Source: Catajapyx aquilonaris (lineage: Eukaryota). From it: DNA of 64,000 bases. Both the position numbers and the translations under genes were made by a program. Location of the stretch: contig JYFJ02001666.1 of the NCBI GenBank assembly GCA_000934665.2, positions 1 through 64,000 on the forward strand, read 5' to 3'. Under the pieces are notes generated by a model. It was not told where the DNA came from and ran no database searches. It worked only from the letters and a program-made list of their open reading frames with translations. How positions within the stretch are numbered: position 1 is the first letter of the stretch; each line of letters opens with the position of its first letter. This document shows, piece by piece, positions 39,511 through 51,942 of the stretch.

Positions 39511-40955
39511 AAATAAGTATTTTGTCAATTTGAATGACCCTCGATTATCGATAAAGGCACCATGATTATAACCCATCTGTTGCAAAAATGACAATAATAT
39601 TCTAGTGGAACGGCGTTCTTAGCATAGGCTACCTGCAAGTGTATACGTGTATTTATGAAGATTAAAATTTTATTTCCACGTTGCGAAGGTGTGGGAAGTA
39701 TGCTTATAACATTATTGTACAGTATAATGAAAAAGTAATGTTTAACACATGTGAAAAAATTCCAATTGGTCGTTACGGAAATGACTGAAAAATTATTTTG
39801 TTGTACTTGTATGACAGACCTATAACATGATACAGAAGTATTTTATAATTTAGTACATTGGGACAACATAAGAATATACAGTACCTTTACCTAATACTGA
39901 CCCTTAAACTTTGAAATACGTACTCCCTTTATTATGTCTATCAGTGGCACAAAACGTAACAACCATTAGTCTTGGTTTCACCTCCCTTCCGACTCACCAG
40001 TGAATTTTAAAAAATACCCGTGACACATGAACTTGGAGAGTGACATTTAAAGATATTAATAGTCCGGATCAACCTGGCCGTTGTTTGTTTTCGAGTCCTC
40101 CTCCACCACTTCCTAAACCTGTTGACAAAGTGCTGGGTGGTTGAGGTGGAAGAAGACTGATGAAGCAGGAGGGTGGGAGTTAAGGGGGTGGGGGAGAAGT
40201 CAGCCGCGGGAATGAGACTGGTTCCTTGCTAGGGACCACCACCAAATTAAACATGAGGCTGCACAGGCCCCCATCCTACGCTGTCCGTATACAACCCCAT
40301 ATAAAGGATGGGGTAGGGTGGGGTGTGGTGTGGTGTGTTCATTACTCGCCTCTAGTTTGTTATCGAATGTTCCCACGTCGGGCTCCCCCAAGTACCCCCT
40401 CCCCCTCAACCCCAAAGATGGATGAAGCAAAGTAGAAAGCCATCTGCACTTTTCCCTGGCTAATGTTGATTTATCATCCCACCCTCCTCTCTATACCCCT
40501 GCCCGACTCCCCCCTCTCTCTTCTGGCCCTCCCTCTCTCCAGTCCCCCCCCCCCCAGCCCACAGGTCTTTCTGAACCTTGATCCCTCACACCTTAAGCCC
40601 TAGAATCAATCAATACTTCTAGAAATGGCCTTCTGCTACCTACCAACCTTTCTGCGTCATGTGAAGAGTGGTGAGGTGGGAAGGGTGGGAGGAGGTGCTA
40701 GCCATACGTTTCTATGGGATCTTTCCATCTTTTTCGGACAGTTTTGGGGCATCTCTAGGATATTATAACTGTGTTGCAGGTGGCGATTTTTGAAAATTTA
40801 ACAGGATTATTTCAAGTCAAATATTTCACGGTCTGGTTATATAATTTACGTGTACTGTGTAATGACTGGATTACGAGCTTAAAAGTTCAATTTCCAGTTA
40901 GAAAATTTAATTAATGACATTGTTTCATCACACATGCCATAAGGAGTTAGTTACA

Positions 40956-41301
40956 TGTTTTATTGTTGTTGTACCCCGTGATGACCCTTACCGGTTCTAT
41001 ATGGGGGTGGTACACCACCCTTTTTCTATCAATTTTCTCATTTATCTTCACTCTGGTGCAGGGAAACAAGGACATGGGGTAAGGATGAGGATTTTTTGGG
41101 GAGGGAACACAGGTGCAAGTGCAATGTCTGATATGGGGTCATGTGCATTCCCCCAGGAGGTTAGGTTGCCAGACACCTCCTTGGTTCAGGTCAGAGACCC
41201 TCCCTACGCAGGTGAAAGGGAACTCCCAGGCGGTGATCGAACCTGGGACCTTTCACTCAGCAAGCCGAGACGTTACCGTCTCGGCCATCTACACCTCCCC
41301 C
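40956..41301 (-). mobile_element. tRNA-derived SINE, family S3
   Basis: Reverse-complement homolog of 39153-39510; TSD AGTTAGTTACA at 40945-40955 and 41302-41312. Confidence 0.9.
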
Positions 41302-44300
41302 AGTTAGTTACAGTTTAAACAACTGCGGTATTCAAATAGGATCCGGTATTTTGATCCTGCTCTTTTCTGAATACAATACTGTAACCTATCGTAATTTTCA
41401 AGTTTTACTGTACACTCTTATATGACAATAACGGGCCTTATTTTGTTACTGGTTAGAAAACTTATGATTACAAGAATATCAATAGTTATCATTTAATTTT
41501 TATACTACTCAACATCATAAGCTACATATTTTTAATGTTTTCAGCCTAACATTTTACAGCAGAACCATTATCCTGAAAGTTCCTCCCAACAGCATACTGT
41601 CGCACAGTATAAGATATCACCCTACATATTTGTAGTTATCCCGACACATTTCATTTAATGTGTACAATCCCGATTTTTATCACAGCTAAGTTCATCTTCC
41701 AGATGATTCAATATGCGCTTCAAGTCGATGAAAATGAGGATGCTCAATATTACGAAACTCACTGAACTGAAATTTATTGAAAAGTAATCGGACATATTCG
41801 CGGCGTAATCGCCCACTCGTGCTATCTAAACACTGCTCAAAGACGGCCATACCAATAAAACTTTTTTTCCAAATCGATGCTAACGAGCGTATCATGCCCG
41901 AGTTTTTTTTTACTACTGCTGTCTCACCAATATTTCTGCGAGGAAAAAAAATAATAAAGATTCGTCTGCATGCTGTACCTCAAAGTAATTTGAGCTAACA
42001 GTTATTGCTTTTTTCCTGGGTCGATAAACATCAGGAAAGAGATATTGAAAGGGGTAGGGGTCCCGCACCTGATTGGAGGACGTCCGGAATGTCTTAACGG
42101 GACAATGTTGGACATGTTCTCCCGTGAAATTAGGGGCTGTTAGGTGTCCAAATTAACTTTATCACCTTTTCGAGGCATAGAGACGCGACATTAATCGGCT
42201 TTGGTGTCAACATTAGGGCTTAATTTATGATGGGCATCCCGTCCCCCGTCCCTCCCCACTTCCTGTCGCTCCAAATCCCCTCCTCCCCCCTACCTATCTC
42301 CATACCCCTAGAGCCAATCCTCTCGATTGTCTGTAAACAAGCATGGTCATTCTGGTGCGAAATTGCTCGACTCAGCACCGGATGGTCGGAGTGCCCTCTT
42401 AAAATTTCATTTGCATTTGGTGAATAGGTCGACTCCGGCTATGGTTCTACTTCCAGAAATGAACCCCACCTCCCTCTCTTCCTACCTCCCTGCCCCAGTC
42501 CCCCTCCGCCTTTGGATATGCATATTTCATGGGTACAGCTATCTTCGGGACTTCTGAGAAATGGAATCCGGGGATAACGGTGCACTAGTAACGCATGAGA
42601 GTAGCTTTAGTTCCACACAGGACGGCACAAAAATTCGGCTCAATGTAAGCTTGTAACTTAAGACTATTACCGGTACAGATTTGGTGAAGGGGCAACTTAC
42701 AGTAGGATTTTTTTTTGCCTATTTTGAATGGCGGCCAGTCGGCTAAATTTCGAACCCAGCACATCCTGAGTGATACGGTACAATATTGTAAGTAACCTTT
42801 ATTACTGTCTTAAAATTATTGTCTGTAACATTTAGGTATGACAAATGTGGATAATCTTTTTGAGGGCTACAAAAGCAAATTTTAAGGCGCTTACAGTGTC
42901 CTTTTCTTTCCACAGGTTTCAGCTAGGAAAACATTAATGAGATAGGCGACACAGAACTTCCGCCGCTATAATATGAACGCCTCGCTGCAAAATTTATTCC
43001 CACAGCAGTCCCAACCAAGCACGTGTCTGGTCCTAAACCAGGGACATTCAGCCCTCCCCGTATTACTCAAAACGCTAAATCTTCGTGAATAAAACATCTT
43101 TAAAAATCTTAATAAAACGCCGCCTATACGGTGCAAGTTCCTTACACACTGCCACCTAGAAAATTGGGTAATTTAAGAGTACCAAATGCTGCGGAGGAAC
43201 GTTTCTCCTTGTAACATGGCCTGACCCCCCTCTCTCTGCCTACCCCATCTCTCTGGTCCTATTACAAATCCGGTGGAGGTTCCGGAGGTCTACCCCCCGT
43301 AACGATGAGGCACGGGGCCTCCCAAATAACAGAGTGTCCCGATGACAGTTATCGGCCATTGCGGTGGTCGAAGCGCCCCCTCCTTCCTAATCCAGGGGAG
43401 CCCGTCGGGTTTCCGGATAGAGAAGGAGGGGTAGGGGTCTAGCATCCGAATTAGACGGTGACTACACCTGCGCCTCCCGGAATCTCTGTCGGCTCATAAT
43501 CAGAAATAATGGGAATGGAACCTTTTTTGGGGGGAATTCCTTTTTGGGGACTTATAAACCTGCTTTTGGCGTCAGATGAAAATGTGTGTGGATCCCCCTA
43601 GGGATATGCTCCCGACGTCTAAAAAGGGTGGGGGAAGGAGGGGATGCATCACCGCTTTTTTGGATAAATATTGTATTGCATTAAGATGGCGCGTGTCTCT
43701 AAACTCCAAGAATGCGACGAGAGGATGGGCCAATCAGAATGTAGGGGGCGTGGTTTGCTCAAGTTTGTAAAGTGTGAATGATGGAAGTAGTCACCGTCAC
43801 CTTTACGTTCTCTTATTTGCTCGGTGTAGGTTACAGTCTATATAATTTAGCTACGTAAAGACTGGCAGAATTCAGGTACAAAAGGTTTGTTGGAACACAC
43901 GTAAATATAGTCTGGGTTGCGAGGCCTGAGCCTTCTGATGGCCTAGTTGAAAGATGTGTCATTCGTGCACAACGCGTTTAAGGGTTGTTCTTGCATGCGC
44001 GCATGCAAGAACAACCCTTAAGACCGAAAGTTTCACTGAGTGGAAAGTAAGAGATGTCTGCTTCATACGTGAAGCACACCACGACCGCAAACAGACATAA
44101 TTCTTCCCGCCACGAAAGTGACAAGTCGACTTCACTGGGAAAGGAATTGACCTCTCCCCTTCCTATTACGCATTTATCATTGATCACAAAACTGAATAAT
44201 GACCACAAGCTGTATATATAATTATTTAATTTTAATATGACTGTACATTCTGTTTCGTTTGGAGCAAACATTGGCAATTTTGGAGTGGGCCACAGGTTAA

Positions 44301-45403
44301 CATCCTTGGATATCATCCAGTACACAAACTCCATGGGAAAATGGGGCAGTGGCTTTGTAACTCTATATTTGTGACAACGCATGGGTTGGAATTTCGATAT
44401 AATTATATTATTTTCTAGCAATTATTTTGCACGCTCCTTATCAAAGTCAAGATTTCTTGTAACTGACGCCAGAAAGTGCATACAATATACTCTGACAAGA
44501 TGTGAGTGTCACCCTGGCAGGTGTTAGGCCACAGTGCAGCATGAAGGAAATCATTGCAAGTGCTACCTATAATTTGACTGGTCAAAAGAAGTTTGATTTG
44601 TATAGTTTTGGCCATATTGTTTCCAATTCTGTCCCACTGTGCAATGCGACTTGGGTTGTTCAGTATTTCAGGTCGTCACATATTAGTACGCATCAAGTCC
44701 CTCTTTAGGCACATGACAACATTTCATGAGAAATCATACGAAATGTTTTTATGTATAGATCATTTATTCCCAGCTCTATTCTTGAAAATACAAGGGTACA
44801 GGTCGTGATCTTGCAAATTAAGTCCTTCCTGTATCGTGTAAGCTCTTAATTAATCTTAAGTTAGATGCTAGTTAGTTATAGATGCTATAGAAGCTATAGA
44901 TGCTGTTAGTGTAGTTAGTGTACGCTCTTAATAATTAATCTTAAGTTTTAGAGGTCTGGATGAAAATTGCGTATGAGAATTGGTACGTTCAACTCCATTT
45001 CATTGTTTCTGTCCTCTGAAAAGGCGCCTAGTAGTTGGACAATCACTACTGGGTGCGCTGCGGCTATATGAAGTTTGTAGAGGAAGTAATCACAGTCATC
45101 GTAACATACTCAATTATGAGCTCGGTGTACTGTAATATTCAGCGTCTTCTATTTCGTTAAATAACGACGGATGCATCACTGGATCCTTTTCTGATCGGCG
45201 AGGGTGACTGTAGGAGGGGTGATGAATAGTTTTTTTTCAACTGTGAGTGTGCTGTCCAACACGCCTGTACTAACATGAAACAAAAATAATGGTAATATCA
45301 AATGATTGCACTTGATTCCTAAGTGGTTCATGGCAGCTCCAAGTTGGTAAGAGCTGGAAATAATGGAAGACGAATCCAAGCAGATTGCAAGCAGGCACAG
45401 ATT

Positions 45404-46059
45404 TCAGGTCCACCTCATTACACATGTGGAGTATTGCATCGTGAATTTGACGAAACCGGCCGTTGTGATCTTTTGGCATTTTACAAGGGTAATACCTGTG
45501 ATAAATGGGCAGTTGAGTGCTACAGCCAGAAGGCAGGTCTCGGTGAGGGCCTCTGTCTCAGAAAAAGTGAGCCCTTTCAACTTCATGACCGCTTCAGGTG
45601 TGCATAAGTAAGCCAACATATCAGTTTCCGTTCTGCCCCATACGTCTCCCACGCTGAATCGCCGGATATTGGGCAAATTACACAGTCCCTGAAGTAGTCC
45701 CAGTTTGCATATGTCATAATATACAGCTCCTCAAATATATTGTTGGCGTTGTCCGACAAGGAAGTGGCAGTGAGCCAGTCCAACTCGTCCACTCCTTAGC
45801 TTCCGTAGTTGAGGAAGCTTGTCAGCCAATGCCTTCAGTTAGTCATCGGGAGAACTCTTCCCATAACCACTGCTGAGGGAAACTCCATAAGGTTTGTCCA
45901 CTCCCTCTTCATGGTCTTATCAATGGGCAGTCGGTGGCTGGTGAATGTGCTCAAGTGTATTTTCTTCAGCTGGGAGCTTTCGGTAAATGTGTCCAAGGGG
46001 TGGGTAAAGTTGATTGGCACATTAACTTCAGACATCACGAACTCCCTCAGAATAGTGTA
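45404..46059 (-). pseudogene. F-box/LRR pseudogene, 3' LRR block
   Basis: Frame-switching cysteine-containing LRRs: ILREFVMSEV, DD*LKALADKLPQLRKL (TAA at 45839-45841), NNIFEELYI, LCNLPNIRRFSV and LTETCLLAVALNCPFITGITLVKCQKITTAG. Same strand and downstream of the F-box block. Boundaries approximate. Confidence 0.72.
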
Positions 46060-46061
46060 CT

Positions 46062-46255
46062 AGTTGGAAAATGAACGTTTGAATGAAAAATACATCATCT
46101 ACCCCTGTCTGCAATAATTCATGGAGGCACTGTAATTTGCACCTTTTTATGACAACATATTTCCAGCACAAACTTTTTAGGGGATCAGACAGATGAAAGT
46201 CACTGTGTCTAAGATTGGGTCTGCATGGGGGATGTTTCAAGCATCCTGGAACCAC
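46062..46255 (-). mobile_element. Decayed mariner transposase fragment
   Basis: LKHPPCRPNLRHSDFHLSDPLK (46240-46175) resembles the mariner signature LxHPPYSPDLAPSDFHLFGPLK. Confidence 0.65.
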
Positions 46256-46662
46256 TGTGGCTTTCCAATTTCAAGAAAAGTCAAGCACAATGTTTTTGTT
46301 TTGTTTTGAGATGCAAAATGAGTGGTGATGGGGCAGTTTCTGAACGGTAGCTCCACCATCAACTCTTCCAGAAAAGCACTTCTGTGTGAGGCTCTTTAAG
46401 TACAAAATGTTCCGTCGTACTTAGAATAAAAGATAATTAGGCTATCCTCTATGTTACAATTTTCAATTGTCAGTTACATTGTTTTGCCCGGTGCTATTCT
46501 AAGGTTGAATACATCATAAGAGACAGTATGAAAAGAATGGTGCTGGAATCTGCCTCATTTATGTCAACATAATGCTGCTCATTTCAAAAAGTTTTCCCCG
46601 TATTCTCGTGGCTTCCTCTGACTATCATTTCCCCCCAAAAACCATAATATATTCCACTATGA

Positions 46663-47216
46663 CAGGGGTTCTTAAACTGTGGGGTACACCTCCCCTGGGG
46701 AGGTGTAGACAGACTCCAGGGGAGGTGTGAGCTATCACAAAACTAGAAATAGTTTTATCCACATTTTATGTTGACAAAATTCTAGAATGTCCAGGGAATG
46801 TCACAATGTAGTATTATTAATAATAATAATAACAACAATAATAATAATAATAATAATAAATAATTCATACCCCGTTATCAGCCGGCGCGGCGGCTCTTTA
46901 GGGGGGAAATTCTTGTTTTGACTAGAACTCTTTGCTTTCATTTTATTTGCTTTTTGGCAGCTTTTTGGGATAGGATAGGGACGGAAGGAAGCGCTGTGGC
47001 CTGTTTTTACGGAAACGACCCCGGAATTATCCTGGGAGGACCGTGGGAAACCACAGAACACCACGTCAGGGTCGCCGGCCCCGGGATTCGAACCCAGGAC
47101 CTCCCGATTAGCAGGCGGACTCCATATCCACTACACCAACCTGCTTCGGTACAATGTAGTATTAGTAACTTCCGTCCTCGAGGGACGTGTGACAGCAAAA
47201 ATGTTAAGAACCACTG
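46663..47216. mobile_element. hAT (Charlie/Buster-like) MITE carrying a nested SINE
   Basis: TIRs CAGGGGTTCTTAA / TTAAGAACCACTG. The 8-bp flanks CACTATGA and CCTTATAT both fit nnnTAnnn but are diverged. Confidence 0.65.
46817..47150 (-). mobile_element. tRNA-derived SINE, family S2
   Basis: Sense head ACCGAAGCAGGTTGGTGTAGTGG (A box), B box GGTTCGAATCC, (ATT)n tail; TSD ACAATGTAGTATTA at 46803-46816 and 47151-47164. Confidence 0.9.
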
Positions 47217-47762
47217 CCTTATATGGTATGGTACGACTTCGGGTACGACATTTGGTTAATTACTTGCTGCTTGGACATAATTACTATGGTGTGGCGATGA
47301 AAGGCTCTCCCAGCAATACCGCAGAGGATATGTATTTTGAATGGATTCTAGGAGCATTGTTTAAAACAAAGCAATAATTTAATTAGCCACTCTGTTTAGC
47401 TGCTATGGTATAATTGTGCCACACTGTTAATGGCACAAAATATGTGCAGTTAGAGATGTGGCACATGGAAAAATAAGGTGTACTAAGTTCGTTCTCTCTT
47501 TGTCCTTCCCTCTCCCCCTCCCTCCCCGCCCCTCTCTCTCCAGAGTCACACAATTTCCTCGATTATCCAGTAAGTGTCCAAATATGATATTTATATTTAG
47601 TTTTGTCTTTCTCTTCCATCCCCACGCTTGCAAAGGTAATATTGGAGCTCCATTCGCAGGGGCTAACAAGGATGGTGATTGCACTACAGTATACCTGTAA
47701 CACCAATATATTCACCTGCATAGTCTATTTCCTTTACTAGTTGGAAAGCCTCTACTATTTTA

Positions 47763-48255
47763 CCGGGTGTTCCAAGTTAGTGGGTAGTTTTTAGTTATGG
47801 GAAATTTTGCTCGAAGCTGTTTTTTTTTTGTAGCTTGTTGCGTCCCTAACCATCTGCCGGCTATTTGATGGCAACTGCTATATTCGACCACCTGGGAGTA
47901 ATGAGGCACCTGGATCGGGGCGCAACAAGCTACACAAAAATAACTACTTCGGGCGATATTAGTGAAAACTACTAACCGAAGCAGTAGTGGTGGAGTGTTA
48001 TGGTGTCCGACTGCTAATCGGGAGGTCCTGGGTTCGAATCCCGGAGGCCGGCGACCCTGATCATGGTTTTCTGTGGTTTCCCATGGTCATCGCAGGATAA
48101 TTCCGGGGTCGTTACCGTAATTATAGGCCACAGCCGCTTCCTTCCTTGCCTCAATTCCGATGAAAAAGTATAGTAAAAATTGAAAGAGTTCCAGACAAAA
48201 AAATTGGGAAAAATCCCCCCCTAATAAAGCCCAAAGGGCTGATAATGGGGTATCA

Positions 48256-48297
<42 letters not shown>

Positions 48298-48357
48298 GTT
48301 ATTATTATTATTATTATATTAGTGAAAACTAAAAACGACCCAAGAACTAGGAACACC
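47763..48357. mobile_element. MITE family M1 copy with nested SINE
   Basis: TA|CCGGGTGTTCCAAGTT at left; M1 internal arms; right end AAAAACGACCCAAGAACTAGGAACACC resumes after the SINE. Confidence 0.82.
47972..48315 (+). mobile_element. tRNA-derived SINE, family S2
   Basis: ACCGAAGCAG head, B box GGTTCGAATCC, (ATT)n tail; 16-bp TSD ATATTAGTGAAAACTA at 47956-47971 and 48316-48331. Confidence 0.9.
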
Positions 48358-48469
48358 ATTATCACCACGAATCACTCAAATATTATGGCATGTTTAATCT
48401 AACTGACTGAGTGAAGAAGTGTGAGTGGAGTTTAGTAAACGTAAAGGTACCTTGCTTTTGCCAACTCAC

Positions 48470-48832
48470 CCATCTGTCACCTCTGCCAGGGACTCCGACT
48501 CAGTCAGATCCGTTCCCTGGATGATCAGTACCTACAAGTACGGAAGGTTGGTTCCCACAGTCTGGATCAGGTGATCTATTGGTGACGGCGTCCATTGAAT
48601 GACCGCGATCTTCCTCAGTAGGGGCATCTGCTCCACCAACTCAACCGCCCTCTCCATCATGATCCTCCTCCCGCTCAGAGTTGCCTCATCTTTCCACAGA
48701 CGTCTGTCAAGAGGTGCTTTGAGCCAGGAGTGGGACACCAGGGATGAGGAAAGCAGATCTTCCTTCGGCAGGTACCCCCAGCAACTTCAGCACCTGTATC
48801 TCCTCAGGGAGGTCATCAAAGGTCTTCGACAC
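48470..48832 (-). pseudogene. F-box/LRR (FBXL-like) pseudogene, 5' block with F-box domain
   Basis: VSKTFDDLPEEIQVLKLLG/YLPKEDLLSSSLVSHSWLKAPLDRRLWK matches the F-box consensus, with a +1 frameshift in the G run at 48775-48779. It continues as LRR-like VEQMPLLRKIAVIQ...VGTNLPYL*VLIIQGTDLT (stop at 48532-48534) and ends at a GG|GTGAGT donor. Confidence 0.8.
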
Positions 48833-48995
48833 AAAGGAATGAAGGCACTACAAATAACTACACTGCCTATTGATGGCCTCTAATATTGTCCCGCGGCACT
48901 ATATTAATGGGTCATCCATAATAATAATTTGGATAGTGCTGACCGCTTATAAGGTATTGCACGGACCTTTATTTCGTGCTTTACAATGAGGACAA

Positions 48996-49252
48996 GGTTG
49001 TTGCGGCGAAAAGCCCTGGTCCACGGGCGTAGGGAAGGGAGCGGCTCCCAAGGGAAGGCGCTGTTATAGCTTCAAGTCATTTCGGACAGTCCTCATACCA
49101 GCAGAGTGGGCAGAGAAGGGAGTCCAAATCTGCCAGGACACGTCGCGTCGGGTGAAAAGAGGAAAAATATCCAACCAAGCGAAGGTGAAGGGACGAGATT
49201 TGAACACCGCACCTCCCGCTTGGCTGGCCAGTAGCATAGCCACTAGACCACC
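48996..49252 (-). mobile_element. tRNA-derived SINE, family S1, diverged copy
   Basis: Sense GGTGGTCTAGTGGCTATGCTACTG...GTTCAAATC...TTTTCACCCGAC...CTCCCTTCTCTGCCCA...GAAATGACT is colinear with 3811-4089. Confidence 0.75.
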
Positions 49253-49917
49253 GTGTCATCCATAAAGCATGTCACACTGGCATTTGGCCTTTCTGCCGAC
49301 CTCCCCTAAGCCATGTCCTGCAGTAATACCAAGTACTATATAGGCTGTAAAACGTTTGTTTTCTCCCCCTCCCTATACCCCGCCCAATCATTGAATTTCG
49401 CTGAACGTGCCACTGAAGTTTTAAAATTTTACTGCATTATCCTACATGTAAGCACATATACCCACTGTATATGACCAGATTGTAGAAAATGGATATCTGG
49501 TGGCTATTCCGGAATGCTCGCATACGGTGTGTCGTGGCGGAATAGGGAGGGCTTTGTCGACATTTTACTCTGAAAACACGCCAATTGTAAACTACGCGTA
49601 CAGTACATGTATTATTTGTTCCAAAATGGCTGCAAAATAGGGGCCAGAGTCCCACTAGCGGGAGAGTAGGCTAGTGCTGGTGAGCACCTCTGAGCTTCCA
49701 AGTTCTCTCCCCAGTTGCCCCACTTGACACTAACCCCGTGGTCAATCTCGTTTCGTACTATTCATAAGGGCACACCCAAACACTGCATGTGGGGTGGGAG
49801 CGTGGGACAGGCGGACAGTGTTTAATTTGTAATACCTTGATAAGAAATTTTTGAGGGGCCAGCAATAGTAACGTTATGCTCAACTGACTTGAAGCTTGTT
49901 CAGCGAAATGTCATGAC

Positions 49918-49918
<1 letters not shown>

Positions 49919-49986
<68 letters not shown>
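49919..49986. repeat. (TC)n microsatellite inside a small inverted-repeat element (about 49897-50073)
   Basis: Perfect TC run flanked by TTGTTCAGCGAAA...CATGACGTC and GACGTCATG...TTTCGCTGAACAA. Confidence 0.9.
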
Positions 49987-49989
<3 letters not shown>

Positions 49990-50354
49990 GCATGACAAGG
50001 AATTAGTAGCCAGGCAACGTGTGAGTCATTCATTGCTAGATTGTGTGACGTCATGGAGTTTTTTCGCTGAACAAACTATACTAGTATAGTTTGCAGTGAG
50101 CGAATGAGCAGTCCGTTCCTAGACTTGCTTACACCTGTTCCCATGCCGTCAGCAGACCCAGAGCAGTTCATGTTCACGGTCCGCCCAACGGCCAGATATG
50201 TTGGTAATGTGGTCTTGCCACAATATAGGCTATAGCTTCTCAGGTCCAGAAGAAACACCAAGAAAGAAATCATTTGAAATCCCAATTGAACGACTTTCAA
50301 TGAAGTACAATCATTGGAAATTTTCTTCTAAATTGAGCAAATAACTGTGTAAGA

Positions 50355-50876
50355 CAGGGTGTTTCTTACTAGTAGGTCAAGCCACAAGTTGCATATTCTT
50401 TGGCCCAAACCAATTCTAAAATATAGGGGGAGAAATATCTAGGGACCAACCTGTAATGAGGTATATGACCCGAAACACTACACAGGCGGCAACACACACG
50501 GTGCCTCTTTGCAGGGAGATCTCCTGGCAGATGGACCCGCGGCCTTACAGTGGTTGCCTATGGAGTAGGATATGATCGTGGTAATCACTTCTGCGAAAGT
50601 GCCGATCCCTTAAAATCCCAACAGTCATGATTATCACGGTCATATCCTGCTCCCTAGGCAACCACTGTAAGGCGTGCGGGTCCATCTGCCAGGAGATCTC
50701 CCCTACAAAGAGGCGTCATGTGTGTTGCCGCCTGTGTCTAGGGGTAGGCCCATGTTTATGATCGTCTACCTCGTTACAGGGTGGTCCCTCGACATTTCTC
50801 CCCCCTACATTTTAGACTTGGTTTGGGCCAAGGAATATGTCACTTGCGGCTTGACCTACTAGTAAAAAACACCTTG
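50355..50876. mobile_element. Foldback MITE, Tc1/mariner type
   Basis: CAGGGTGTTTCTTACTAGTAGGTCAAGCC...GGCTTGACCTACTAGTAAAAAACACCTTG|TA; arms of about 230 bp pair almost to the centre. Confidence 0.85.
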
Positions 50877-51268
50877 TATAGTCTTAATTAGCATGTTTTG
50901 CAAGTTAGTTGCTAATTCAGTTTTATTCCAGGTCAAACATACTACCCTAGGACAATGTTTGAAAAAAATTGATCTCGTCAGGGATCGTGCAGAGTTGGTA
51001 AACTTTACCTTAATATCTCGAAAATGTACCAGTGTCACCAGCGGATTCTGCTATACACTATAAATAATGCATATCGTAGTGATAGATAGTACAACATTTG
51101 CTTCCTCGGAGAGCCATATTGGGATGGTGCCTTTCTTTCTGTGGGCAGTTCTAATTGTAGCAGCTCTTCTTTTTTTTTAAACATACGACACGATGTACTA
51201 TCGGGTTCAAATACTTTTGGCCACTTTATCCTGGTCTTGAAATAACCCTTCACACACACACACACACA

Positions 51269-51539
51269 TGTTATAAAGTGCTATCCTTGTGAGGGTCTGA
51301 CAAAAATAAAAATTTAAAACAAAACTAACCTAACCTAACCTAACCTAACCTACAAAATACACACGAAATTTTGGTGACCTATTTTTTCACAGTAAAAAGG
51401 AGGTCTTGGTTTGATTTTCCGCCATCCTTGTGAGGACTGTGTACGTTATGAGGGCCTGAAAAAAGTCCTCGTAAGGTTTTCGGTCCTCACAAGGATAGGA
51501 AACAAGCGAAAAAATCCTCACAAGGATAGCAATGTCTGA

Positions 51540-51540
<1 letters not shown>
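51269..51540. mobile_element. (CA)n-flanked non-autonomous element X with a (CCTAA)n array
   Basis: Subterminal IR TGCTATCCTTGTGAGG / CCTCACAAGGATAGCA; repeated TCCTCACAAGG motifs; (CCTAA)n at about 51326-51352; CA runs on both sides. Confidence 0.75.
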
Positions 51541-51589
<49 letters not shown>

Positions 51590-51591
51590 AC

Positions 51592-51942
51592 TCTTGTCTT
51601 GACTAAGGCGTGGGGACGGACATTGATCACTTTTCACTGCGAGTGTAAACTGATCTAACCTCACCTCACCTAACCTAACCTAACCTTACCTTACCTAACC
51701 TATCCTACCTAACCTACCCTACCCTAAGTAACCTAGGCTGAGAAAAATGGACTTTTGTGAAAACCTACAAATGAAAATAGTGGGGACATGTCCCCACTAA
51801 TTTACACATGTCCCCACTGTAATGGTACACTTCGCGTGTGTGAGACTGTGGGGACCGACGAATGTCCCCACAATTGGAACTGGTCCCCACAGCTACAGTA
51901 AAACCACAGACTTCCGTCCCCAGACCTTAGTCAAGACCTGAT
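51592..51942. mobile_element. (CA)n-flanked non-autonomous element Y with a degenerate (CCTAA)n array
   Basis: IR GTCTTGACTAAGGCGTGGGGACGGA / TCCGTCCCCAGACCTTAGTCAAGAC; repeated GTCCCCAC motifs; CCTAA-type array at about 51656-51735; CA runs on both sides. Confidence 0.75.

Larger units (their letters stand above)
38471..39906. mobile_element. Old inverted-repeat element hosting younger insertions
   Basis: 29-bp exact inverted match between 38674-38702 and 39685-39713, extending with divergence for about 100 bp outward; outer ends CTAAGGGG... / ...CCCTTAA. Outer limits are uncertain. Confidence 0.55.

Noticed and set aside
43978..44700. Possible decayed integrase-like coding remnant on the minus strand
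   Set aside because: Only a vague resemblance (PHFPMEFVY and scattered His/Cys residues); cannot be supported without blastx.
51326..51735. True telomere or chromosome fusion site
   Set aside because: The arrays are short, degenerate, single-orientation and enclosed by element termini.
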